A stretch of DNA of 64,000 nucleotides from Squalus acanthias (lineage: Eukaryota). The notes beneath the pieces were generated by a model. That model worked only from the letters and a program-made list of their open reading frames with translations, made no database searches and was not told the DNA's origin. The position numbers were made by a program, and so were the translations under genes. The stretch lies in NCBI GenBank assembly GCA_030390025.1, contig JASTWF010000034.1:2418001-2482000 (forward strand), in the 5' to 3' direction. Numbering within the stretch: the stretch's first letter is position 1; each line of letters starts with the position of its first letter. This document shows, one piece after another, positions 1 through 13,115 of the stretch.

Positions 1-592
1 GAGAGACAGAGAGAAGGAGACAGAGAAAGATAGAGAGACAGATAGAGAGACAGAGCGAGACAGAGATATAGAGCGAGATACAGTGAGAGAGATACAGAGA
101 GGGAGATACAGTGAGAGAGAGATACAGAGAGAGAGATACAGAGAGAGATAGAGAGAGAGATACAGAGAAAGAGACAGAGAGAGAGAGAGAGATGCGAGAG
201 AGAGGCGGAGAGAGAGAGAAAGAGAGAGACATGTATACAGAGATAAAGGGAGAGATACAGAGAGAGAGAGAGATAGAGAGAGAGAGAGAAAGAGATACAG
301 AGAGAGAGAGAGATAGAGAGATACAGAGAGAGATAAAGACAGAGATACAGGGAGAGAGAGATAGAGATACAGAGAGAGAGATACAGAGAGAGAAACGTAC
401 AGAGAGACAGAGATACAGAGAGTGAGAGACAGAGAGAGAGATACAGAGAGAGAGAGAGAGCGATACAATGAGAGAGACGGAGAGAGGGAGAAAGATACAG
501 AGAGAGAGAGATACAGAGAGAGAGATACAGAGAGAAAGAGACAGAGAGAGGGAGAGATATCCAGAGAGAGAGAGATACAGAGAGTGTTATAC

Positions 593-625
<33 letters not shown>

Positions 626-1252
626 CAGAGAGAGAGTGTTACAGAGAGAGAGATACAGAGATAGATAGAGAGAGAGAGAGTTACAGAGAGAGAGATACAC
701 AGAGAGATACAGAGAGAGAGATACAGAGAGAGATGAGAGAGATACAGAGAGAGATGAGACAGATATAGATACAGAGAGATAGAGAGATACAGAGAGAGAA
801 ATACAGAGAGAGATACAGAGACAGAGAGATACAGAGAGAGAGATACAGAGAGAGAGGGAGATACAGAGAGAGAGAGAGAGAGAGAGACAGCGAGAGAGAT
901 ACAGAGAGAGAGATACAAAGTGAGAAAGCGAGAGATACAGAGAGAGAAAGAGAGAGAGATACACAAAGAGAGAGGGAGAGAGAGAGATACAGAGAGCGAG
1001 AGACAGAGAGAGAGAGAGACAGATATACACACAGAGAGAGACAGATATACACACAGAGAGACCGAGTGATACAGAGAGCGAGAGATACACAGAGAGAGAG
1101 ATACACATAGAGAGATGCACAGCGACAGAGATAGAAATATACAGAGAGAGAGAGTGATACAAGGAGAGAGGGGGATACAGGGAGAGAGGGGGGTTCAGAG
1201 AGAGAGAGAGAGAGAGATACAGACAGAGCGAGACAGAGAGAGAGACAGATAC
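1..1252. repeat. (GA)n/GATACA-type compound microsatellite
   Basis: Continuous gagagagatacagagaga-like low-complexity sequence. Confidence 0.97.
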
Positions 1253-1619
1253 AGGATTATAAAGGGTCATTTTCAAAAGAATGCTTTCAGCAGTCTTCTG
1301 TCTGTTTTACTCAAATTATTTGAACTGTCTTAATGAGTTGTTACTTTCTGTAGGACCTGCACTTTCCTCTCCCGCTACAGAGAATCCAACGACAGGAACA
1401 TCAGGTGAGACCTATCTCTCCTGAAATCCCTATTTCCTGTTTGTTTCTTGCTGTCTCTTAGCTAATTACAGCTGCAGAGAGCAGAGTGAAAAGGCTAGGG
1501 GATTTGCAGTGAACAGGGCATTGTTTTTCATTCACAGACTGTACCCAGAGCAAGTGTGTGTAAGTGTGAATAATAAAGTGAGCAGAATAGGACCTGTTTG
1601 ATGGGACAGTGTGGAGGGA

Positions 1620-1810
1620 ACTCCTTATCTAAGGAAGGAAATACTTGCCTTAGGGCCTGTGCAACGAAGGTTCACTAGAATGATCCCTGGGACGAAATGG
1701 TTGTCCTATGAGGAGGGATTGAGTAGAATGGGCCTATAATCTCTTGAGTTTAGAAGAATGAGAGTTGATCTCATTGAAACATGTAAGATTCTGAGTGCGA
1801 TTCACAGGGT
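1620..1810 (+). mobile_element. CR1 LINE ORF2 3' fragment
   Basis: Matches the 'gagtttagaagaatgagag..gatctcattgaaacat' (EFRRMRGDLIETYK) segment of other CR1 copies in the window. Confidence 0.8.
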
Positions 1811-1831
1811 TTTTCAGCATGGGTTAGATAC

Positions 1832-2770
1832 TGTGAGTCAATCAGCAATGGCCACTCAGAGTTCTTGGACAAGACACAAACAGACAGCAGCCAGTATGTT
1901 TGAGCAATGGATCAGATTCATTAAGTTAACAGCGTAATATACTTAACATTAGGCGATAGTAACCAATAGCTCGCAGCCCTTGGTTTCTGCAGCCCTTCGG
2001 ACACAGGCAACGCCGTCGCAGGTCTGTTCCTTATCTTCGCAGCAAAACTCTGTGTGAAATTGTTCTCTGAATATCGAGGTTTTAACCCATTCCTTATCAA
2101 CACTTCGGTTGGCCAGTGTCCATATATGGTCTTTAACAAAATCACCGTTTTTAATTGGTTCTAATGGTCAAAATACCATTGTCACTCAGGTTAAGCCTAG
2201 TAACCTGGTCACTCCTTATCCAGTACATTCCCATTAACTCTGTTCCGCTGTCGTGTTATCTTGTTTATAGTTTTTCACTCCATTGGAATTTACCATATCT
2301 CTTTCATTTCATGCCTCAAGCAGTACAAGACATTTCTCCACACCAAGGGCCCAGATCATTTCATTGGTGTTTCACTAGTCTTGATGTATCCAGACTATCT
2401 CTCTTTAATGTACCAGATAAATACCTTAACTTCCATGATCTCTCTCATCATTGGAATGTGTACTAATTATCCTTTCAATATTGTTGCAATTAGTTTTGTT
2501 AAGCGAATTCTAAGCTCTATACAGCATTATAATATGTGTTTCTTAGCAATTTAATGATTTGACCTTCAGTTGTAGTCTGTGGCTGTTTGTTATCAAAACT
2601 TAGTCAAAACTGCTTTTGAACTGTCTGCAGCTACATTCTGAACAAGTCTTAGCTTTCTAGTTACCCAGGAGTAATTACGGGTAATATTATTTGGTCAATG
2701 GCTACTCTGAAAAGTTATACATTTATGATTATCTTCTACTAAATATCTTTAAATATCAGCGTTTCGTACA
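1832..2770 (-). repeat. Probable 3' LTR (~940 bp) of a degraded LTR element
   Basis: Minus strand starts TGTACG directly after the purine tract GAGGTGGGGATT (2771-2782) and ends ...CTCACA at 1832, where an unrelated repeat resumes; no partner LTR in the window, so the left end is inferred. Confidence 0.6.
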
Positions 2771-2830
2771 AATCCCCACCTCGAGGATGAAATGTTTTAA
2801 ACATTGATTCTTCGACCACCTCAATCTACT

Positions 2831-3454
2831 TTATACCGAGCATTGTTTATATGTACGGGTGACAACCAATCCGTTTGATGGTCCTTTTGTTATTAATGGC
2901 CATCTCCTATTTTTAAGCTTGTCGCTTTTCCTTTGTAACCTTATCTCCTCTGTTCTTCCCCTGATTTCCATCTGTCGTATTTGTCCTTGCCTGGGTCTCT
3001 CTTTGTGTACCACATTGAAACATCCTATCATTCCCGAATATATTTTACCTATTTTGGGCCAATTCAGTGTATTCAAACTCTGTCCCAGATATGGGATCCC
3101 CACGCTATTTGGTGTAATCTGAAACGCGTTGTCGAATCCTAACCCTAGATCTAAAAACTTTCCTTTTCCTAATTGAAACTTTGGGTTTACTTGAACATTG
3201 TCTTTAGCACATAGACGCTCTATTTTAATCCCTTCGCCCTCCCTGGCCCGTAAACAAGGAGTCCCATCGGTCGTATTATCGGGTTCGCAATAATCACAGT
3301 ACACAGTCAGATCGCATCCATCTCCTGAAGCCGCTTCCCATGATGACGTATCGTCGGTTGGCATCTTGACTCCTTTCTGGATGATGCTAACATTCGAAGT
3401 CTGGTCGATACCAACGAGCATCAGAAGTCCCACTATGCATCTGAGTCCTGCCAT
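2831..3454 (-). CDS. Env-position ORF with signal peptide (207 aa from ATG 3454), no transmembrane anchor
   Basis: Lies between integrase stop and PPT; preceded by splice-acceptor-like tttgttttcctccag; N-terminus MAGLRCIVGLLMLVGID; Cys cluster CDLTVYCDYC...C...C. Confidence 0.55.
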   Translation of the reverse strand: MAGLRCIVGLLMLVGIDQTSNVSIIQKGVKMPTDDTSSWEAASGDGCDLTVYCDYCEPDNTTDGTPCLRAREGEGIKIERLCAKDNVQVNPKFQLGKGKFLDLGLGFDNAFQITPNSVGIPYLGQSLNTLNWPKIGKIYSGMIGCFNVVHKERPRQGQIRQMEIRGRTEEIRLQRKSDKLKNRRWPLITKGPSNGLVVTRTYKQCSV

Positions 3455-3487
3455 TTTGGCCACCTGGAGGAAAACAAAGTGCAGTAT

Positions 3488-4490
3488 TTAGTCTTTCACA
3501 GAATTTAACTGATTGATAATGTACCATTTAGTTACTTTTGCCTTTTCCACTCTCCCTTTAGGGTACTGAACCAGATACACAGCTGGATTCAATGTATCCA
3601 CTATCGAGTCGGGTCCCTTCCATTTGGGGTCAAACGCATTTATCTTTTTCCCATAATTTAATACAATGACTTTATCACCTAGCTGATATTCAAAAAGTCG
3701 AACCTTCTGATCAAAGTATTTCTTGATTTGGTTTTTAGATTTCCCTAAATTGTTTGCCACGTGTCGGTTAACTTCATTAATATGCTCTACTGTGCGCTCC
3801 AACCACGAGTGGTTAGATGGTTTTTGCATGAGTGGGGTGGTGCCAGTCAAAGTTAGATGACCTGGAGTCCTCATAAACCTCCCAGTCATTGCCTGGTAAG
3901 GTGATATCCCCGTGGTCCTCTGTGGCGTGGACCGATTTGCCATTAAACACATGGGTAACATATTGACCCATTGAGTGGGATGTTCTGTACACAATTTTCC
4001 CAACATGGATTTCAGTGTGCGATTCCCTCTTTCCGCTCTCCTGGATGATTGTGGATGATGAGCTATATGTAGCTTATGTTTAATTCCCATAATTTTCTGT
4101 AATTAGGAAAAAACATCACCAGTGAAGTGGGTGCCCTGATCACTATCAACTTGAAGTGGCAGTCCCCACCTACAGAGCACCTCACTCAATAACAATCTGG
4201 CCGTGGTAAGCGCAGTGTTGGATCGGGAGGGGAAGGCCTCAATCCATCTCGTGAACTGGTCGATAACAGCGAGGGCGTATTTATAATTGCCCTGCGAAGG
4301 TGGGAGCGGACCAATACAATCAATTTGAACGTGAGTCCAGGGCGCATCAGGACCTGTCTGACTTCGAAGGTGGGCAAGGTTGGGACAAGGGGAGGGGTTC
4401 TGCTGCAAACACGGTACGCATCGGGAAACATAAATTTACAGTATCCTTCATATTAGGCCACCAGGCTGTGGAGCCAATCTTTGTGAAAGT
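3488..4490 (-). pseudogene. Retroviral/Ty3-gypsy-type integrase, disrupted
   Basis: PWTHVQIDCIGPLP, DSDQGTHFTG, HPQSSRRAERGNRTLK (DDE triad), TGISPY, WKGP; in-frame TAA at 4103-4105; upstream part cut off by a CR1 3' end at 4494. Confidence 0.92.
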
Positions 4491-4493
4491 GAC

Positions 4494-5340
4494 TTAACAT
4501 AAGAACATAAGAAATAGGAGCAGGAATAGACCAATCGGCCCCTCGAGCCTGCTCCGCCATTCAATGAGATCATGGCTGATCTGATCCAACCTCAACTCTA
4601 AAGAACACAAGAAGTAGGAGCAGGACCAGGCCACTCGGCCCCTGGGCCCGCTCCGCCACCCACAGGGCCTTGACCGATCCGAAATCAAACTCATGTCCAA
4701 TTTCCAGCCCGCTCCCCGTAACCCCTGATACCCTTTACTTCTAGGAAACGGTCTATTTCTGTTTTAAATTTATTTAATGAAGTAGCTTCCACAGCTTCCT
4801 GGGGTAGCAAATTCCACAGACCCACTACCCTCTGAGTGAAAAAGTTTCTCCTCATCTCAGTTTTGAAACAGCAGCCCCTTATTCTAAGATTGTGTCCCCT
4901 AGTTCTAGTTTCACCCATCATTGGGAACATCCTCACCGCGTCCTCCCGATCAAGCCCCTTCACAATCTTATATGTTTCAATAAGATCGTCTCTCATTCTT
5001 CTGAACTCCAATGAGTAGAGTCCCAATCTACTCAACCTCTCCTCGTATGTCAACCCCCTCATCCCCGGAATTAACCGACTGAACCTTCTTTGTACTGCCT
5101 CGAGAGCAAGTATGTCTTTTCTTAAGTATGGACACCAAAACTGTATGCAGTACTCCAGGAGCAGTCTCACCAATAACCTATACAACTGCACAATACCTCC
5201 CTGTTTTTATATTCTATCCCCCTAGCAATAAAAGCCAACATTCCATTGGCTTTCTTGATCACCTGCTGCACCTGCATACTAACTTTTTGATTTCCTTGCA
5301 CAAGACCCCCAGATGCCTTTGTACTGCAGTACTTTCCAGT
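4494..5340 (-). mobile_element. CR1 LINE 3' portion with tail
   Basis: ORF 4691-5191 (LEYCIQFW..RNFFTQRVV); ttcttatg tail repeats at 4494. Confidence 0.92.
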
Positions 5341-5399
5341 TTCTGGGGAAATGTGGTGTTCAGTGAGACCTGGGTGTCTTTGTACAACAATCACTGAAC

Positions 5400-5740
5400 G
5401 GTAGATGCAGGGAGGATGTTTCCCCTGTCTGGGAAGTCTAGAAACAGGGGACAAAGTCTCAGAATAAGGTTTCGGCCATTTAAGACTGAGATGAGGAGAA
5501 ATTTCTTCACTCAGAGTGTGGTGAATCTTTAGTTTTTTCAGCCCAGAGGGCTGTGGAGACTCAGTCGTTGTGTATATTCAAGACACAGATCGATAGATTT
5601 TTGAATATTGAGGGAATCAAGGTATATGGGGATAGTGCAGAAAAGTGGAGAAGAGGTAGATCAGCCATGATCATATTGAATGGCGGAGCAGGCTCGAAGG
5701 GCCAAATGGCTTACACCTGCTCCTATTTTTTATGTTCTTA
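5400..5740 (+). mobile_element. CR1 LINE 3' end
   Basis: gagatgaggagaaatttcttcactcagag... tggcggagcaggctcgaagggcc...ttatgttctta. Confidence 0.88.
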
Positions 5741-5787
5741 AAGCTCTCTTAATACTGTCCCATCAAATAATTCCAGGCAGGCGCACA

Positions 5788-5920
5788 CAAGCAAAATACT
5801 ATGGATGCTGCAAATCTGAAGTAAAAGCAGAAAATGCTGGAAATACTCAACAGGTCAGGCAGCATCTGTGGAGAGAGGAACAGAGTTAACGTTTCAGATC
5901 GTTGACCTTTCAGTGGAACA
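5788..5920 (-). mobile_element. Penelope-like terminal-repeat fragment
   Basis: Similar to 34230-34365 including a degenerate hammerhead core. Confidence 0.65.
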
Positions 5921-5964
5921 GGCAGTTACACATGGTTTAGATACAGAGTAATGCTCCACTCACC

Positions 5965-8785
5965 TCACTTTAACACTCTGATATACCGCACACCATTCAT
6001 TTTAACACTCTGATATATCCCTCAGTTTAATCCTCTCTTACATATCGCTAACCTCTTACTGTAACAGACCGACATACCGCACTCACCTCACATTAACACT
6101 GTGATATACCCCGCAACCCTCAATGTAACACTCTGATATAATCCACACTGCTCACTGTAACACACTGATATACCCCACAACCCTCACTCTAACACTCTAG
6201 TATACGTCACTACACTCTGATATACCCACCATCCCTCACTGAAACACTCAGATACACCCCACCCTCTTAAATACCACAAACCTCTCACTGTAACACACTG
6301 ATATATCCCACACCCCTCATTGTAACACTCTGAGATGCCAAACACCCCTCACTGTAACACACTGATGATACACCCCACACCCCTCACTGATACATTCTGA
6401 TATACCCCACACCCCTCACTGTAACACTTTTATATTCCCCATGACCCTCACTGTAACACTCTCTGATATACACCAGACCCGTCACTGTAACACACTGATA
6501 TAGCCCACACCCCTCACAGTGACAATCTGATATACCCCACACCCCTCATTGTAACACTCTGATATACCCCACACCCCAGATTGTTACACTTATATACCCG
6601 ACACCCCTCACTCTAAAACTCTGATATACTTCACACCCCTCACTGTAAAACCTTGAGATAACTCAACACTGCTCATTGTATTACTCTGATATACACCATA
6701 CATACTCATTGTAACACTCTGATGTAAAACCACTACACTGACTATAACACTCTGATATAACCCACACACCCCTCACTTTAACACACCGATGTACCCCACA
6801 CCCCTCACTGTAACACATCGATATACCCCACACCCCACATTGTCACACTCTGATATAATCCACACCCCTCACTGTAACACTCTGATATATTCCACGCTCC
6901 TCACTGTAACACTGTGTTATACACCACACCCCTCACTGTAACACTGTGATACAACCCCTCACTTTAATCCTCTCTCACATTCCCAAAACTCTCACTGTAA
7001 TAGACCGATATACCCCACTCACCTCACTTTAACACTCTGATATATCCGACACCCCTCAATGTAATACTCTGATATACCCCACACCCCTCACTCTAACACT
7101 CTGATATAATCCACACCCCTCACTGTTACACTGATATACCCCACACCCCACATTGTAACACTCTGATATACCCCACACCCCTCACTGTTACACTGATATA
7201 CCCCACACCCCTCACTGTAACACTGATATACCACACACCGCTCACTGTAACACTGATATACCCCACACCCCTCACTGTAACACTGATATCCCCCACACCC
7301 CTCACTGTAACACTGATATACCCGACACCCCTCACTCTAACACTCTGATATACTTCACACCCCTCACTGTAAAACCCTGAGATAACCCAACATTGCTCAT
7401 TGTATTACTCTGATATAAACCATACATCCTCATTGTAACACTTTGATGTAAAGCCACTCCACTGACTATAACACTCTGATATACCCCACAAACCCCTCAC
7501 ATTAAAACACCGATATACCCCACACCCCTCACTATGATATAATCCACACCCCTCACTGTAACACTGATATAAACCACAACCCTCACTGTAACACAATGAT
7601 ATTCCCCACACCCCTCACTGTAACACTGATATAAACCACAACCGTCACTGTAACACAATGATATACCCCACACCCCCCACTCTAACATTCTGGTATACCC
7701 AACACCCCTCACTGTAACACAATGATATACCCCACACCCCTCACTCTAACATTCTGGTATACCTCACTACATTCTGATGTAGCCACACCGCACACTGCAA
7801 CACTCAGACACACCCCACTCTCGTTCATACCCCATAACTCTAACTGTAACACACTGATATACCCCACACCACTCATTGTAACACTCTGATAAACCCCGTA
7901 CACCTCACTGGAACACCCTGAGATACCGAACACCCCTCACTGTAACACTCTGATGATAAATCCCACACCCCTCATTGTAACATTCTGATATAACACTCAC
8001 CCGTCACTATAATAATCTGTTATACCCCACTCCCCTCACTGTAACACTCTGAAATAAACCACACCCCTCACTGTAACACTCTGATATACCACACACCCCT
8101 CACTGTAACATTATGATGTATCCCACACCTCTCACTGTAAATCTATGATATTACACACACTCCTGACTGTAACCCTCTCCTACATACCCCAAACCTCTCA
8201 ATGTAACACACCATTATACCCCACTCCCCTCACTGTAACACTCTCTGATATACTCCATACCCCTCGTTGTAACACTCTGATATAGCCCACAACCCTCGCT
8301 GTAAAACTGTGATATACCCAACAACCATCACTTTAACACTCTCTGATACGCCACACCTCTCACTGTAACACTCTGATATACCCCACACCCCTCGCTCTAA
8401 TACTGTAATATATCCCACAGCCTTCACTGTAACACTCTGTTATACCCCACACCCCTCGCTGTAATACTGTGATATACCCCACATAACTCTCTGCAAGACA
8501 CTGATAAACCCCACACTCTTCACTGTAACACTCTGATATACCCCACACCCCTCACAGTAACACCTATATACCCCACACCCCTCATTGTAACACTCTGATA
8601 TACCCCAACCTCCTCACTGTAACACTCTGATACACCCCGCAATGTAATCCTCTCTTACATACTGATATACCCCACACCACTCACTGTAACACTGATATGC
8701 CCCACACCCCTCACTGTAACACTCTGATACACCCCTCACTGTAATCCTCTCTTACACACTGATATACCCCACACCACTCACTGTT
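5965..8785. repeat. ~30-32 bp minisatellite (ccccacacccctcactgtaacact[ct]gatata)n
   Basis: Direct tandem repetition over ~2.8 kb. Confidence 0.96.
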
Positions 8786-8994
8786 GTCACTGCCACATTA
8801 GTACCATGGGCTTTACTTATGGTCATATGTGATACTTTATCAAGCACCTTTTGTAAGGATAGGGAAAATGGGAACGTGTGAGTAGTATCAATCATACAAA
8901 CATAGAATTGGTTACCCAAGTTGTGTTGACAATTTGACGCCCCACTCTAATAACAGGTCTGGTTTCAATCAATGAATTATAAAATCAGTGATTT

Positions 8995-11419
8995 TAATCT
9001 TATTTTATTGTAATGCAAGGAGTCTTGCGAGTATGGCAGATGAATTGAAGGTGTTGAAGAACACATGGGAGTATGATATTGTTGCTATCACAGAGGCATG
9101 GTTGAGGGAGGGGCAGGACTGGCAGCTCAATATTCCGGGATATAGAATCTTCAGGCGAGACAGAGGGGGGAGTAAAAGCGGAGGGGGTGTCGCAATATTA
9201 ATCAAGGAGTCAATTACTGCTGTAAGGAGGGATTATATCTTAGTAGGTTCCTCTAAGGAGGCCATATCGGTAGAACTTAAAAACAAAAAGGGGGCAAGCA
9301 CTTTGCTAGGAGTGTACTATAGGCCCCCAAACAATCAGGGGGAGATAGAGGAAAAGATACGCTGGCAAATCTCAGAGAAGTGCAGAAATAATAGGGTAAT
9401 AATAGTAGGGGATTTCAACTTCCCCAGTATTAAGTGAGATAGTCAGAGTGTGAAAGGCTTAGAGGGTGCGGAATTCTTGAAGTTCATCAAGGAGAGCTTT
9501 TTGAGCCAGCATGTAAAAAGTCCTACAAGAGAGGGGGCGGTACTGGACCTAATTCTAGGGAATGTAGCCGGGCAAGTGGTAGAAGTGTCAGCAGCAGAGC
9601 ATTTTGGTGACAGTGACCATAATTCGGTGAGATTTAAGGTAGTCATGGAAAAGGACAAAGACGGACCGGAAATAAAGTTTCTAAATTGGGGGAAGGCCGA
9701 TTTAAATATGATATGGCAGGATCTGGCCAAAGTGGACTGGAATCACAACTTGTAGGAAAATCAGAGCAGTGGAGTCTTTCCAGAAGGAAATAGGGAGAGT
9801 ACAACGCCAACAATTTCCAGTAAAGATCAAGGGTGGGACCAACAAGCCCAGGGAAACCTGGATGTCAAGAGCTATACAAGAATGGATTAGGAAAAAAAGT
9901 GAGGCTTTTGGCAGATGCAAAGGACTAAAAACAACGGAAGCCCTAAATGAGTGTAGAAAGTGCAGGGGGGTACTTAAAAAATGAAATCAGGAGAGCGAAG
10001 AGGGGGCCTAAAAAACACTGGCGGGCAAAGTAAAGGAAAATCCCAAGGTGCTTTATAAGTATATTAAGGGCAAGAGGATAACCAGGGAAAGAGTAGGGCC
10101 CATTAGGGACCAAAGTGGCAATCTGTGTGTAGAGCCGGAAGCTGTAGGTGAGGTTCTAAATGAATATTGTGCATCTGTGTTCACTATGGAATGACGATTT
10201 AGGCATAGAAATCAGGCAGGGGGATATTGAGATACTTGAACAAATTACTATTGAGAGGGAGGAGGTACTAGCGGTTTTAGCGGGCCTAAAAGCGGATAAA
10301 TCCCCAGGCCCAGACGAGATGTATCCCAAGCTGCTGTGTGATGCAAGGGAGGAGACTGCAGGGGCTCTGAAACAAATTTTCAGAAACTCTCTGGTCACAG
10401 GGGATGTGCCAGATGACTGGAGAACAGCTAAAGTAGTACCATTATTCAAGAAGGGTGGTATGGATAAACCAGGGAATTACAGATCAGTTAGCCTAAAATA
10501 GGGTAGGGAAATTATTGGAAAACATTCTGAGGGACAGAATTAGTCTCCACTTGGAGAGGCAAGGATTAATCAATGTTAGTCAGCATGTCTTTGTCAGGGG
10601 GAGATCATGTCTGACCAATTTGATTGAACTATTCGAGGCCCTGACTAGGTGTGTGGGTGCGGGTAGTGCAGTTGATGTAGTCTACATGGACTTCAGTAAG
10701 GCTTTTGACAATGTCACACATGGGAGACTGGTCAAGAACGTAAGAGACCACGGGATCCAGGGCAATTTGGCACGTTGGATCCAAAATTGGCTTAGTGGTA
10801 GGAGGCAGAGGGTATGGTCGAAGAATGTTTTTGTGACTGGAAGCCTGTGTCCAGTGCTGTACCGCAGGGATCGGTGCTGGGTCCTTTGCTGTTTGTAGTG
10901 TACATTAATGATTAGATTTGAATGTAGGCGGTATGATCAGCAAGTTCGCAGATGACACGAATATTTTTGGAGTGGTAAATAGCGAGGAGGGAACCTCAGG
11001 CTACAGGACGAAATAGGCGGGATGGTTAGATGGGCAGAACAGTGGCACATGGAATTTAACCCTGCAAAATGTGAGGTGATGCATTTTGGGAGGACTAACA
11101 AGGCAAGAGAATATACATGAATGTTAGGACCCTAGGAAGGACAGAGGATCAGATGGACCTTGTTGTGCATGTACATAGATCCCTGAAGGCAGCAGGACAG
11201 GTGGTTAAAAAGGCATATGGAATACTTGCATTCATTAGCCGTGGCACAGAGTATACGAGTAGGGAGGTTATGATGGATCTGTACAAAAAGCTGGTTACGC
11301 CACAGCTGGAATACTGTGTGCAGTTCTGGTCACCACACTATGGGAAGGATGTGATTGCATTGGAGAGTTTGCAGAGGAGATGCACCACGTTGTTACCTGG
11401 GCTGGAGCGCTTCAGCTAT
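8995..11419 (+). mobile_element. CR1 LINE ORF2 (APE endonuclease + RT), decayed; 5' part, interrupted by LTR element
   Basis: YCNARSL, AITEAW, YYRPP, GDFNFP, SDHN, KSPGPD, DFSKAFD, FADD-like motifs with stops and frameshifts. Confidence 0.95.
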
Positions 11420-13103
11420 TGTAAGGGTTTGCGTGCGTGTCTCTCAGCCTGTGAGATTCGCGCGGCTCTGTGCAGCCTGTGTGTCAGTGCGGGTTTAGGC
11501 CTTGTTGCATGTTCTGGTCACCAGCCAGTCTGGGAACACTAGACACACCTGTGAGTGGTTCGAATCACTCGCCCTTACGGTTCTAGACACTGGACTTAGA
11601 TGCGAGAGCAGTAATGGAGATGAAACTCATGTAGACTCGGTTGAATGGTACGAAATGGAAAAATCTTTATTGCATAATATTTAAGATTACGAAATACATG
11701 TCATAAGCACAGATTAATGACAGTACAATCTTACACGCAGTTATGTAGCTAATTCTAGGGAAACGAGGAACGAACGACACACCGTAAATGGGGGCACACA
11801 TTACAAGTATCCTTAATACTTAAACCCTCCCCTATCAATATCTGTCCTAGCTAGATTCGTAGGATTCGAGACTCATGCTCACCACTCGTGATAACTCGGA
11901 GAAATTCCGAATAGCTGATCGGATGTTTTCACCGCAGCACCCACGTGTCGATCAGGGGGTCTCCTGGCCCCACTTGTTTACTTGCTTCTGCTCCGGCTAG
12001 CAGGCTGGAACGTCTGTTGTTATGAAGATCTGTGTTGGTTGGTTTCACGTACCAGTCAACACTTAAGAGAATAATCTCTCGGTGTCCGTCATGAGGATCT
12101 GCCCTGATGGGTTTCACAGATCAGTCAATATCTCAAAGAAGAATCTTCCGGCGTCCGTTCTTTAAAGTTCAAAGAAGTCTTCCTGGCAAGGAGAAATGTC
12201 TATTCGACCTACAGGCGCGGCCGGGGCTTACTGACCGTGGCGCTAAGTATGGTCTTCGTCTCTTCTCATCTCATCTCATCTCTTCTCGGGCCTTTGGTTC
12301 CGATGCCGGTTACCAACACAGGTCTTCGTGACACGACACGAGGTAGATCCGAACGGATCACAAAGTTCAACAGTCTTTTAAAAGAGACACCAGGCAAACA
12401 GGAACAAGACGGCGAGTCAAGAACACAGGAGCAGCCACGAGGATGAACACCAGCAAGATAAGAGGATAAGAGAGAGATGGACGGTTGGAGCTTGTAATTA
12501 TAGTACAAAATCTTCCGTTTCCCGCCCAACCTTAATGTCTTTTCCTTTTGTTAGGGTTTGGCGCTCAAATGTCTTGTATAGGTGATCTCCGGTTTTAATG
12601 GGTTGCGGGGCTACTCGTGAATGTCTGAGTACCTGTAAATTTTTCTCCCATTGTTAAATCGGTCGGTGTTCTCCCTGGAGGGGTTTTGGGGCTTCCAAGT
12701 GTTTTCTGTAACTACCCGCTAACGGCTCTCTCATCGTAGAGTCGTTGGGATTTTACATATTAATGTCTTTGGATGGGCCCTTGATTACTTGGTACAATAG
12801 CCTTTATTCGTACCCGGGAGACCGATTTCAGTATCTATGTGTATACTGCAAACCCATGATGTCTCGTGTATTATCTTCAATGTGCTGAATCTTAATCGAT
12901 CTTGCACAAATGTTTATTGGAACGCCATCTTGTCTGTCTGTCGAAAAGTCTAGAATGTTCCGCCACGAGGTGCGGCGGCCATTTTACAGGCTGCTTGTGT
13001 CCACTTTGAAAACCTGACAGCATTCTGCTGAAATAAAGCTGTTTGAACGAAACTATGTGTTTTCTCCTTATTTATAAAATCGCGATATATTGCAAATTCT
13101 ACA
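11420..13103 (-). repeat. 3' LTR (1684 bp)
   Basis: Direct repeat of 19170-20853; minus-strand AATAAA at 11666-11671. Confidence 0.97.
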
Positions 13104-13115
13104 GTCCCTCCTGTT
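13104..13115 (-). other. Polypurine tract
   Basis: AACAGGAGGGAC immediately before the TGT of the 3' LTR. Confidence 0.8.

Noticed and set aside
111..1333. RE-rich and SL-rich ORFs
   Set aside because: Translations of the GA microsatellite
7126..8548. Repetitive VRGVGYISVT ORFs
   Set aside because: Products of the 30-bp minisatellite
11502..12529. Short ORFs duplicated at 19252-20279
   Set aside because: Duplicated only because they lie in the LTRs; short, mostly non-ATG starts, no recognisable domains
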